Position numbers and translations under genes: made by a program. Positions 27,355 to 37,446 of a stretch of 37,446 nucleotides of DNA are shown here, piece by piece. A model generated the notes under the pieces. It saw nothing but the letters and a program-made list of their open reading frames with translations. It was not told where the DNA came from and did no database searches. How positions within the stretch are numbered: the first letter of the stretch is position 1; every line of letters starts with the position of its first letter. This DNA comes from Candidatus Undinarchaeales archaeon (GTDB taxonomy: Archaea; SpSt-1190; JASMDC01). The stretch covers positions 1-37,446 of the forward strand of contig JASMDC010000033.1 in assembly GCA_030753015.1 (NCBI GenBank), given 5' to 3'.

Positions 27355-27672
27355 ATGGTCCTCAGGAAGCTCTCCCGTCTTCTCGCGCCCGATGTGTTCA
27401 ACGAGCTCGAATCGCTCCGCTCGCACAACGAACAGCTCGTGGTCATCCAACGGTACAGTGACGTCGAGAAGACCAAGCTCTACGAAGCGAACCAGCTCCT
27501 TTCCCGGCGCCATGTAGAGAGCAAGCGGCTGCTGGCCGATATGATCTCAGGCTTCGAGGATATCTTCGAGGAACAGTTCATCTCGCAACGTGGAGCCCTC
27601 CCGCCCGTCGAGCAGAACGAGTTCCCGGAAACGGCCGAGATCGACGACGAGGACGACGATTGGCGTACCTAG
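27355..27672 (+). CDS. Hypothetical coiled-coil protein with acidic tail (105 aa)
   Basis: TTTATTAA at 27325 before ATG 27355. GC3-biased. Confidence 0.7.
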   Translation: MVLRKLSRLLAPDVFNELESLRSHNEQLVVIQRYSDVEKTKLYEANQLLSRRHVESKRLLADMISGFEDIFEEQFISQRGALPPVEQNEFPETAEIDDEDDDWRT

Positions 27673-27716
27673 ACGGTCATGATTTCCTGCCGCTATCGTC
27701 GTGTAGAACAATCCTT

Positions 27717-28496
27717 CTAGGCCGAGTCTTCCTGAGGCGTCCACACCTGTGCGTTCTCGGGCGCAGCCTGCTGCTCGCCACCCTGGTAGGCCGTCTGTTC
27801 GGTGGCTGCCGGGACGAAGAACGGACCGCTGGCGAAACCTTCCTGCTGGCCCTCCTGCGTGGGATACCCGGCGCCGTAACCGTATGACGCGTTATCTGTG
27901 GATGGGTACGAGGTGGAAGGTGCGAACTGGAAGCGCATGTCCACGAGCTCCTCCGATGAGCCCGCCTTGTAGTACTGGGACATCAGCTCGTCATCCTCGA
28001 CCATCTCGGCGGCCTTGCCTTTCTCCGGCTCATCCTCCTCTATGATACTCTTTGCGAGCATCCCGACGCCTGCGAGGAAGAGGAGGAAGGGGAACACCAT
28101 CACGATCTTCACCATCAATGTAGGGTCCGTGTAGTAGTAGAAGGTCGCCTGACCGAGGAGGTTGAAGCCCGGCTTCACTGCATCATAGCACTTCTGCATG
28201 TTCGACTCATCCGATATCATTGTATTGCATGTCTGCATACCGAGCCGGGGAGTGTTAAGGCCAATCACTCCGGCGACATTGGTGATGCAGCCGTCGCGCA
28301 GGTCTGGATTGCGTACTTCGTCGCATGCATCGAGCGCGCTCGGGGGGAACGACTGTGCTACGTCCTTGGAGACCGCGACGAAGCACGCGTCCCGCTCAGC
28401 AGCATCCACGATCGAAGCACAATTGGACAGGTCGTCGGAAGAGATAGCCATGAATAGGACAAGAATTAGTGTCATGACTATCGTTTTGGTGCCCAT
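27717..28496 (-). CDS. Type I membrane protein with CxxI-x5-RDxC repeats, paralog 2
   Basis: Signal peptide, repeats CASIVDAAERDAC / CDEVRNPDLRDGC, one TM, acidic Q/Y/G-rich tail. Confidence 0.8.
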   Translation of the reverse strand: MGTKTIVMTLILVLFMAISSDDLSNCASIVDAAERDACFVAVSKDVAQSFPPSALDACDEVRNPDLRDGCITNVAGVIGLNTPRLGMQTCNTMISDESNMQKCYDAVKPGFNLLGQATFYYYTDPTLMVKIVMVFPFLLFLAGVGMLAKSIIEEDEPEKGKAAEMVEDDELMSQYYKAGSSEELVDMRFQFAPSTSYPSTDNASYGYGAGYPTQEGQQEGFASGPFFVPAATEQTAYQGGEQQAAPENAQVWTPQEDSA

Positions 28497-28586
28497 GGTC
28501 CTTCCACAACCCCGGGGGTAATTCATTTCCTATTAATATATATTAAGTCACTCCTAGTATAAAAAGCTGCCCCGGGGGGAACCGGA

Positions 28587-29237
28587 TCACTGCTGGTATT
28601 GGAAGCCTTCAATCTGCTGGGATGGATCGGTGATAGTGTCCCCCGAGGTGAAGGATATTTCCTCCCCGCCCAAGGACGAGCCGCCCTCGTACCAGAACTG
28701 CTGGAACTGGTCACCGGAACCTCCGGGTGGTATGTACTCATCGTACATCATCTGGCGCTGCTCCTCGACCTCGGCCTCCTCGGAGGACTTCTTCATGGAA
28801 AATACTATGTAGATGACACCGAGGATGAAGATCAGGAGCGGGATGGACATCACGCCCATGATGATGATGCTTGGATCGGACCAGTAGAGGAAGCGTATAC
28901 GGCCCGTCCCCGAGAAGTAGGGCGAGATACCATCGAAGCACTCGGCACGGTCCTCTTTGAGAGTATCGCAGATCTCCAACGCCCCTGTCTGGTTCACCAA
29001 GACGATGAACTTGATGATCGCGATGTTGCACCTGTCACGTGTGAGTGTGCTCTCGATATTGGCGCACGCTCCCGGAGCCTCCTTGGGGAGCTTCGAGGCG
29101 ATGATGGGGGCCACCTGGTAGTAGCACTGGTCCCGCTCCTCCGGTGAGGACTGCTTAGGGCACTCTTCGATGAAACGGTAGGAGAGGGCAGGTATAAGCA
29201 GGAGGAGCAAGATGGCGACGAGGACCCTTCCCCTCAT
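28587..29237 (-). CDS. Type I membrane protein with CxxI-x5-RDxC repeats, paralog 1
   Basis: Signal peptide, repeats CPKQSSPEERDQC / CANIESTLTRDRC / CDTLKEDRAEC, one TM, acidic tail. Confidence 0.8.
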   Translation of the reverse strand: MRGRVLVAILLLLLIPALSYRFIEECPKQSSPEERDQCYYQVAPIIASKLPKEAPGACANIESTLTRDRCNIAIIKFIVLVNQTGALEICDTLKEDRAECFDGISPYFSGTGRIRFLYWSDPSIIIMGVMSIPLLIFILGVIYIVFSMKKSSEEAEVEEQRQMMYDEYIPPGGSGDQFQQFWYEGGSSLGGEEISFTSGDTITDPSQQIEGFQYQQ

Positions 29238-29284
29238 AGTACAGCTTAGACGGTTAATCTTTATTAAGGCTAGGGAGAGGGGGC

Positions 29285-31744
29285 TCACTCCGCGTAGGTT
29301 ATGACCCGTGCGATGGAAACGACGCTGTTGTCCTCGCGAAGGTCGATGACCCGTACACCGCGGGCCTGCCGTCCCTGCTTAGAGACCTTCCCGGCCTCGA
29401 GCTTGATGGTGACCCCTTCGGACGTGATGACGAGGAACTGCTCGTCCTCGGCGAAGAAGCGCATCCCGACGAGGGTGTCCGTGCGCCCGAGCTTGATCGC
29501 GATGATGCCCTTGCCGCCGCGGTGCTGGTGGCGCAGCTGACTGGGTGCGACACGCTTGCCCTTGCCCTCCGTTGTGACGAAGAGGAGGGTTCGCTCCTTG
29601 TCGACCAGGGCCATGGCAACGACCTTGTCGCCCCGGGTGAGCTTCATGCCCCGGACCCCCTGCGATGCGCGGCCCTGGGCACGGACCTCGGTCTCTGGGA
29701 AGCAGATCATCTGGCCGAACTTGCTGGCAAACACGACCTCTTGGTCGCCGTCGGTGAGGCGCACGTCAACGACGTCGTCGCCCTCCACGACATTGATGGC
29801 CCGCAGGCCCTGTCGGCGTGAGCCGTACTCCTTGAGCTCCGTCTTCTTGATGCGGCCCTGGCGGGTGGCGAACACCAGGTGCATCCCCTCCTCCTCGAAG
29901 TCCTTGACCCGTATCATGGCCGAGATGAGCTCGTTCTGGAGCTTGGGGATGACGTTCACCACGGATGTTCCCTTAGCCTGACGCCCCAGCTCGGGAACGC
30001 GGTAGGCCTTATCGAGGAACATCTGGCCGTTCTCGGTAAAGAACACCAGGTAGTCGTGTGTGGAGCATACCAGACATTCGATGACGTAGTCCTCATCCCT
30101 AGTGGTCAGCGAGCCTTTGCCCACACCGCCGCGACCCTGGACACGGAAAGCGTCCACCTTCTGCCGCTTGATATAACCCTGGGATGTGAGAGTGACGACC
30201 ACGTCCTCCTCCGGGATGAGCGCCTCGATGTCGATGTCGTCCAACTCGCCGGGAACGATCTCTGTTCGCCGTTCGTCACCGTACTTCTCCTTGAGCTCGA
30301 TGAGCTCCTTCTTGATGATGGCCAACCGCTTCTTTTCGTCGGCGAGGATGGCCTCGAGCTTCTTGATGCGCTTGCGAAGCTCCTTGGCCTCGTTCTCGAC
30401 CTTCTGCCGCTCCATGCCGGTCAGGCGTGAGAGCTGCATGGCGAGGATGGCGTTGGCCTGGACCTCGGAGAGCTTGTAGCCTTTCATGAGGCCGCTGCGT
30501 GCGGTGTCGACGTCCTTGGCCTTGCGGATGAGGTCGATGACCTTGTCGAGGTTCGCGAGGGCGATGAGCAGGCCCTCAAGGATGTGGAGGCGTGCTTTTG
30601 CCTTCTTGAGCTCGAATTGGCACCGTCGCGTGACCACTTCTAGGCGGTGGTTGATGAAGTGACGGATCATCGCCTTGAGGGGCAGCCGTTTGGGTTCGTT
30701 GTCCACGAGCGCCACCGTGTTGACGCCGAAGGTGCTCTGCATGGCCGTGTGCTTGAACAGCTGGTTCTGGACCACGTCGAGCTGGGCGTCGCGGGAGAGC
30801 TCGATGACGATGCGCATTCCCTGCCTGTCCGACTCGTCACGGATGTTCGAGATGCCGATGATCTTCTTATGGTTGGCGAGCTCGGCCATCTTCTCGATGA
30901 GGCTGGCCTTGTTGACGTAGTAGGGGAGCTCGGTGACGATGATGGCATGGCGGCCCTTGCGGACCTCTTCTACCTGGGTGCGTGCCTTGACGATGATGCG
31001 GCCGCTGCCGTGCTCGTAGGCGTTGCGGATGCCGGCCATACCCACGATGATACCGCCGGTGGGGAAGTCGGGCCCCTTGACGACCTGCATGAGCTCGTCC
31101 AGCTCGGCTTCCGGCTTGTCGATCACCAGCACGCACGCGTTCAGGACCTCGCGCAGGTTGTGCGGCGGGATGTTCGTGGCCATGCCCACAGCGATACCCG
31201 AGGAACCGTTGAGGAGGAGATTGGGAAGGATTGAGGGGAGCACGATAGGCTCTTGGAGGCTCTCGTCGAAGTTGGGACGGAAATCAACCGTCTCCTTGTC
31301 GATGTCCTTGAGCAGCTCAATGGCGACCTTCGTGAGACGTGCCTCAGTATAACGCATGGCGGCGGCCCGGTCGCCGTCGATGGAGCCGAAGTTGCCGTGG
31401 CCGTCCACCAGTAGGTAGCGTAGGGAGAAGTCCTGGGCCATCCGGACCATGGTGTCGTAGACCGCCGTGTCGCCATGCGGGTGGTACTTACCCAGCACCT
31501 CGCCCACCACGCGGGCCGACTTCTTGTGGGCCTTGTTCGGAGTGAGTCCGAGCTCCATCATGGCGTAGAGGACGCGCCGGTGCACGGGCTTGAGCCCGTC
31601 CCGGACATCGGGCAGGGCCCTACCGACGATGACGCTCATGGCATAATCGATGTAGGACTTCTGCATCTCGTCCTCGATCTCGATGTTGAGGGTCTTTGCA
31701 GAGACCGGGGCCGGCTTTTTATTCTCGCTCTTCTTCTTGGCCAT
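29285..31744 (-). CDS. gyrA: DNA gyrase subunit A
   Basis: [29 protein letters not shown] (catalytic Tyr), GyrA-box QGRGGVG, beta-pinwheel repeats. Confidence 0.98.
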   Translation of the reverse strand: MAKKKSENKKPAPVSAKTLNIEIEDEMQKSYIDYAMSVIVGRALPDVRDGLKPVHRRVLYAMMELGLTPNKAHKKSARVVGEVLGKYHPHGDTAVYDTMVRMAQDFSLRYLLVDGHGNFGSIDGDRAAAMRYTEARLTKVAIELLKDIDKETVDFRPNFDESLQEPIVLPSILPNLLLNGSSGIAVGMATNIPPHNLREVLNACVLVIDKPEAELDELMQVVKGPDFPTGGIIVGMAGIRNAYEHGSGRIIVKARTQVEEVRKGRHAIIVTELPYYVNKASLIEKMAELANHKKIIGISNIRDESDRQGMRIVIELSRDAQLDVVQNQLFKHTAMQSTFGVNTVALVDNEPKRLPLKAMIRHFINHRLEVVTRRCQFELKKAKARLHILEGLLIALANLDKVIDLIRKAKDVDTARSGLMKGYKLSEVQANAILAMQLSRLTGMERQKVENEAKELRKRIKKLEAILADEKKRLAIIKKELIELKEKYGDERRTEIVPGELDDIDIEALIPEEDVVVTLTSQGYIKRQKVDAFRVQGRGGVGKGSLTTRDEDYVIECLVCSTHDYLVFFTENGQMFLDKAYRVPELGRQAKGTSVVNVIPKLQNELISAMIRVKDFEEEGMHLVFATRQGRIKKTELKEYGSRRQGLRAINVVEGDDVVDVRLTDGDQEVVFASKFGQMICFPETEVRAQGRASQGVRGMKLTRGDKVVAMALVDKERTLLFVTTEGKGKRVAPSQLRHQHRGGKGIIAIKLGRTDTLVGMRFFAEDEQFLVITSEGVTIKLEAGKVSKQGRQARGVRVIDLREDNSVVSIARVITYAE

Positions 31745-31754
31745 GCTCGCTCCC

Positions 31755-33680
<1,926 letters not shown>

Positions 33681-33825
33681 CTAGCCGAAATACGATGTAA
33701 ATGCCGTTTATTATCACTATTTACGTAGTTTCTCACCCGAATTATAGATGTTTTCCGCAGAAGTGTGGGGTGTAGTAGCGAGGTCGTAACAAAAAGTGGT
33801 TTTCTGAGACCGGGAAGGGGGTGGT

Positions 33826-34425
33826 TTACGCCCGTGTTCCCTCGTGAAGCCGGTCCAGATCCGCGATCCCAAGAAGCTCCATAGCGGCGGCTGTGGCTGC
33901 TAGACGGGCTGTCGCACGGGTAGTGCCTGCACCCACGACGACGACGTCATCGTGGCCGGGCTTTCTCCCTTTCAGGATAGCGCGGAGCGTCCGCCGGTTG
34001 AACTGGATGCCCTCGGGCATGACATGACCGCGCCCTGGCTCCGTTATGAACACAGATGCTCCGCTCCCGCCTGCCCTCACGGCAGCATCGTGGAGCGCTA
34101 CAGTGTCCTCCAGCCGATGCCTGGCCCCACGGACCACTACGAGCGCATGACGCCCTGGTGCGGTGATGCCGCGTGCATTGACGAGCACGGGACCGTCGAT
34201 TGCAGCACGTGTGACCGCATGGCCCTCCTCGGAGACCTCGTGACCCGTTGAAAATGGACGTGCGAGGCCCTTGTCGACCAGCCGGGTGAGGAGCTTTCTC
34301 ATGTGCCCGCTCCCAAGCCCCATCTCATCCCCCAGACGTTTTCTCCCCGCGGCCTTGCGGGCAAGAAGATGGAGGGCTAGATACGCGTGGGCGGGGCAAT
34401 CATGGGGAGGGATCCTCGTAGTCAT
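33826..34425 (-). CDS. Winged-helix protein resembling the archaeal DUF4443 family
   Basis: N-terminal GRKRLGDEMGLGSGHMRKLL HTH and LHDAAVRAGGSGA motif. Family recalled by eye. Confidence 0.65.
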   Translation of the reverse strand: MTTRIPPHDCPAHAYLALHLLARKAAGRKRLGDEMGLGSGHMRKLLTRLVDKGLARPFSTGHEVSEEGHAVTRAAIDGPVLVNARGITAPGRHALVVVRGARHRLEDTVALHDAAVRAGGSGASVFITEPGRGHVMPEGIQFNRRTLRAILKGRKPGHDDVVVVGAGTTRATARLAATAAAMELLGIADLDRLHEGTRA

Positions 34426-34438
34426 CGTATAAGGCCCC

Positions 34439-34963
34439 CTATAATAGTACGGCGTAGGAGAGCGCCCCTGCTGCCGCTATGGCATAGCCAAGGAAGCCGC
34501 CGAGGTCGTACCCGTCCTTACCATCATGGTCATGGTCCTTCTCGTAGCCACGGTCATCATCATCATCGTGGTGGTGATCGTCGTCGTAGTCTTCCTTTTT
34601 CCCCTTCCGCTCGGCTGAAGGGTGGGCGCGCTTGCCCGCAGGGTCCTCGTCCTTCTTCGCGGACCCTTTCTTCTTCTTCTCCTTGCCCTTCGTTGCCTTG
34701 CTGCCGCCGAAGAAGTGTTTGTCGAGGGAATCACCGACCTCCTCGTTGTACTTCTTCTTCCCCTGCTCCTTGAGCACGTATGCGGAGTAGCCTACGTGGT
34801 ACCCAAGACCGGTGGTGATTACGTAGGCGCCCTTGATGGTGGGGAGGGCGGCCTCGAGAAGAGGCGTCGCATGGATGCCGACGAGCATACCTAGAGTGCT
34901 GTACAGGGTCCGCTCCCAGTACACCCCTAGATCCTCGGTGAAGTACTCCGACATCTTTTTCAC
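34439..34963 (-). CDS. Hypothetical membrane-associated protein with Lys-rich and His/Asp-rich low-complexity tracts
   Basis: 174 aa with KGKEKKKKG, DYDDDHHHDDDDD..DHDHD and a hydrophobic C-terminus. TTTAAA box at ~34995-35000. Confidence 0.75.
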   Translation of the reverse strand: MKKMSEYFTEDLGVYWERTLYSTLGMLVGIHATPLLEAALPTIKGAYVITTGLGYHVGYSAYVLKEQGKKKYNEEVGDSLDKHFFGGSKATKGKEKKKKGSAKKDEDPAGKRAHPSAERKGKKEDYDDDHHHDDDDDRGYEKDHDHDGKDGYDLGGFLGYAIAAAGALSYAVLL

Positions 34964-35244
34964 CCGTTCTTCTGGGCCGGTTCATCCCGCAATGTTTAAA
35001 TGTATTTCGTATTTTATGGGCGCGGCCCCCATTAACGACGTATCCGGGGCTTAAGTGGCGATAAAACGGATATTCCTGCGTTTATTCAATCATTGGACGA
35101 ATATTGCTGGCCATAGGCTCAGTCTAGAAAGCATCTTCCTGTACGCCAACTACGTTCTGTCCTCCGACCTCGGGTCAGAGCTCCAGCTCCTTCCAGTGAA
35201 ATGGTGGCATACGACCCCCTATTGCATGAACGTCGGCTCCGGTC

Positions 35245-36375
35245 TCAGAGCTTGATCTTGTCGGTCATGCCGACAGAATCGAAGGCCTTGAAGAACATGG
35301 CGGCGCCGAAGTAGGCGCGTGCCTCCAGGGCCTTGAGCGTCTCCGGACCTACTGCGTAGATCTCGTCGTAGAACTGCTTGATGGCGTTCTTCGAATAGGT
35401 GCCGAAGATCTCGACATCGCGGGTCTTACCCTTCTTGGCGGCGTCCTCGCGGTAGGTGTCCAGCGTCCACTCATAGATGCGCTGGTAGAGCTCGGGTTCG
35501 AAGATCTCGAAGGTCTCCCATACGATGTTCATCCAGAAAGTACCCACGTTGCCCTTGAGGATGTGGCCCTTGGGGAACGTGGTGTTGATGAGCCGCAGCG
35601 GCGTTCCTGTGATGCCGTGCTGAGCGACCTTCACGTTCATGGGGGCTATGGCCTGGGCGATGTCCACCGTGCGGGGGATGTTGATGGTCACCTGCTCGAT
35701 GGGATTGCCGTTCTTGTCGAAGATGTTGCCGTGGCTCGAACCGTTGGCGATGGCCAGGAGGTCGGGCTCGACGCCGTTCTCCTTCAGGGCCTTGATATAG
35801 GTGGACGCCTCGTCCGCGGTGGTGAGCACAAGACCGCTGGTGTCCTTCTTACCTACCTCGCCTACCTCGCACTCGAGGCCGAAGTCCTTGGAGCCGTAGT
35901 GGTCAGCGATGTAGTGTGCCAGCTCAGTGGTCACGTTGATGTTCTTCGCCAGCTCCTCGCGGGTGGTCTTCCCGCTGTGGTCGAAGAGGTAGGACGCGTC
36001 GATTGCAAAGGACGTGAACCCGGCGTCGATCTGGCCTTTGATGAGCTTCTTCGTGGAAGCGATGTCGTCGGCGTCACCCTTCTTGAGGGTGATGTGGTCG
36101 GCGTGGAGGGCCCAGTAAGGCCATCCGATCTCGTCGGCTATCGACATGACGGCCTTCGCGTACGACTCGGGTGTATGGCCGGTGTACCCGCCCTCGAGGT
36201 TGCACTCGCTGCGGGCCAGCTCGAAGATGATGGGTGCCTTGAGGTCCTTGGCAGCGCGCAGGATGCCGCGCACGACGCCAGGCACGACGCGGGTGTTGGC
36301 GGCCATGATGATGGCCTTCTCGTTGATCAGGGATTGGATGATGCGGTTTCCGGGCTTGGGCGGGTTGGTCGCCAT
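35245..36375 (-). CDS. fba: Class II fructose-bisphosphate aldolase
   Basis: LHADH, FTSFAIDAS, ECEVGEVG, IANGSSHG, AQHGITG, KGNVGT. GGAG RBS spacing favours ATG 36375. Confidence 0.93.
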   Translation of the reverse strand: MATNPPKPGNRIIQSLINEKAIIMAANTRVVPGVVRGILRAAKDLKAPIIFELARSECNLEGGYTGHTPESYAKAVMSIADEIGWPYWALHADHITLKKGDADDIASTKKLIKGQIDAGFTSFAIDASYLFDHSGKTTREELAKNINVTTELAHYIADHYGSKDFGLECEVGEVGKKDTSGLVLTTADEASTYIKALKENGVEPDLLAIANGSSHGNIFDKNGNPIEQVTINIPRTVDIAQAIAPMNVKVAQHGITGTPLRLINTTFPKGHILKGNVGTFWMNIVWETFEIFEPELYQRIYEWTLDTYREDAAKKGKTRDVEIFGTYSKNAIKQFYDEIYAVGPETLKALEARAYFGAAMFFKAFDSVGMTDKIKL

Positions 36376-36569
36376 GGGATTCATCTCCTATTTGCTATCT
36401 ACCGCTCAACGAGCGAGTATTTTTAACTTTTTTTACTTCGGCGGGAAGCCCCTTGCGTCAGCTAGGGGTAGTTCACTTGCATCGGTCGATGCGCACATCG
36501 ATTACAGGCGTTAGCGGCATGCATAAAAAGATTGTATGTCTAACAACTATCAATAAAGGGGGAGGTATT

Positions 36570-37446
36570 GTGCGAGGACGCAGAACGCTCGTCGGATTAT
36601 TCATCCTGCTTCTCGTCCTTTCGGCCGCTGACAGCGGTGCCACACGGACGACGGGATCCATCGTGAAGACGATGGACGGTGCCACGGAGGTGTACCATGC
36701 CGACTGCGGGAACACGGAGGCCCGACTGCGGGTGCATAAAGGCCAGTCGTGCACCGGTGATTTCACGGTCTCTTTCGTGGACTATGGCGTCGCCTCGAAC
36801 GGCGACGACGACACCGATCCTTCTACGGGAACGAGCCCTGTCTGGAGAATGGTCTTCAAGCGTTGGCGGTCTTGGGCATGCACGTTCTCGACCTGCTATT
36901 CGACGCACAATTGTGATCCGGGCGATGAGCCCGACGCCCAGGTCACCTTCGACCAGGATGTCGTGACGGTCGTCATGACCCCTCAGGTCTTTGGGAAGGA
37001 CACAACGTATGATCCGCTCCCGGGGCTCATTCATTCCACGACCTTCCGCCTCACGTCCGACTGCCGTCTGGGTATCCAGTCCACGTTCGAGGCAACCGGC
37101 ACCATGCCTGACCGGAGCATGGGTGTCGAGCTGTCAGCACAGAATCCTTCCAACTGGGGGGACGATGCTCAGGACGGTGCGTACGCCCATATCGATGGTT
37201 CGTTCCAGAGCGAGCTGCGGCCTGCCTCATCGAACACGTACGCGGACTACTCCCTCGAGGAAGCGGGGCAGTCCGCAGGCCTCTGCAATGCAGAGTCCAC
37301 GAGCGGTCTCTGCACACATGTCACGACGACGACCGGGTACTCTTCGAGCTCGACCGGTCATGTAGGTGTCAATATGAAGGAGGCCTGGGACTCGGGAGCA
37401 GCTTTCTTGAGAGCGTGCAATGAAGGCGGTTGTTCTTCGAGCTACT
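36570..37446 (+). CDS. Secreted Cys/Ser/Thr-rich protein (partial, runs off the window end; absent from the ORF track)
   Basis: GGAGGT then GTG 36570. Signal peptide RGRRTLVGLFILLLVLSAADS. Frame stays open for 292 codons to the end. Confidence 0.75.
   Translation, partial: MRGRRTLVGLFILLLVLSAADSGATRTTGSIVKTMDGATEVYHADCGNTEARLRVHKGQSCTGDFTVSFVDYGVASNGDDDTDPSTGTSPVWRMVFKRWRSWACTFSTCYSTHNCDPGDEPDAQVTFDQDVVTVVMTPQVFGKDTTYDPLPGLIHSTTFRLTSDCRLGIQSTFEATGTMPDRSMGVELSAQNPSNWGDDAQDGAYAHIDGSFQSELRPASSNTYADYSLEEAGQSAGLCNAESTSGLCTHVTTTTGYSSSSTGHVGVNMKEAWDSGAAFLRACNEGGCSSSY

Noticed and set aside
35055-35255. 66-aa plus-strand ORF and short minus-strand ORFs downstream of fba
   Set aside because: No recognisable motif and atypical codon use. 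Probably intergenic or a remnant.

Overview
Archaeal, mostly GC-rich chromosomal segment. Archaeal markers are TBP, TATA boxes about 25-30 nt upstream of many start codons, archaeal RecJ/GAN, Nre with a PIP box, Dph6 and a BHB-type tRNA intron. The first ~4.2 kb is an AT-richer, mobile-element-scarred region: a TBP gene, a 358-bp MITE-like element, a complete IS1634-family element (14-bp TIRs, 6-bp TSD) interrupting a small membrane-protein gene, and a cluster of TATCCGACA half-sites. The rest holds a split or frameshifted EgsA-like dehydrogenase, two tandem DHH phosphoesterases, an M20 amidohydrolase, a rearranged HAD hydrolase, RecJ/GAN, tRNA-Leu(UAA) and tRNA-Thr(GGU), a coupled Dph6 + class I glutamine amidotransferase pair, a stand-alone AglB/STT3 C-terminal domain beside a Cys-repeat lipoprotein, nre + radical SAM, GH31, bacterial-type PGK, an output-less PAS/GAF protein, two Cys-repeat membrane paralogs, gyrBA, class II FBA and a partial secreted protein. 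The strongest unusual signal is a 39-nt intron in the T-loop (59/60) of tRNA-Leu whose 5' part mimics a tRNA 3' end. Family assignments come from recognising motifs by eye; no searches were run.
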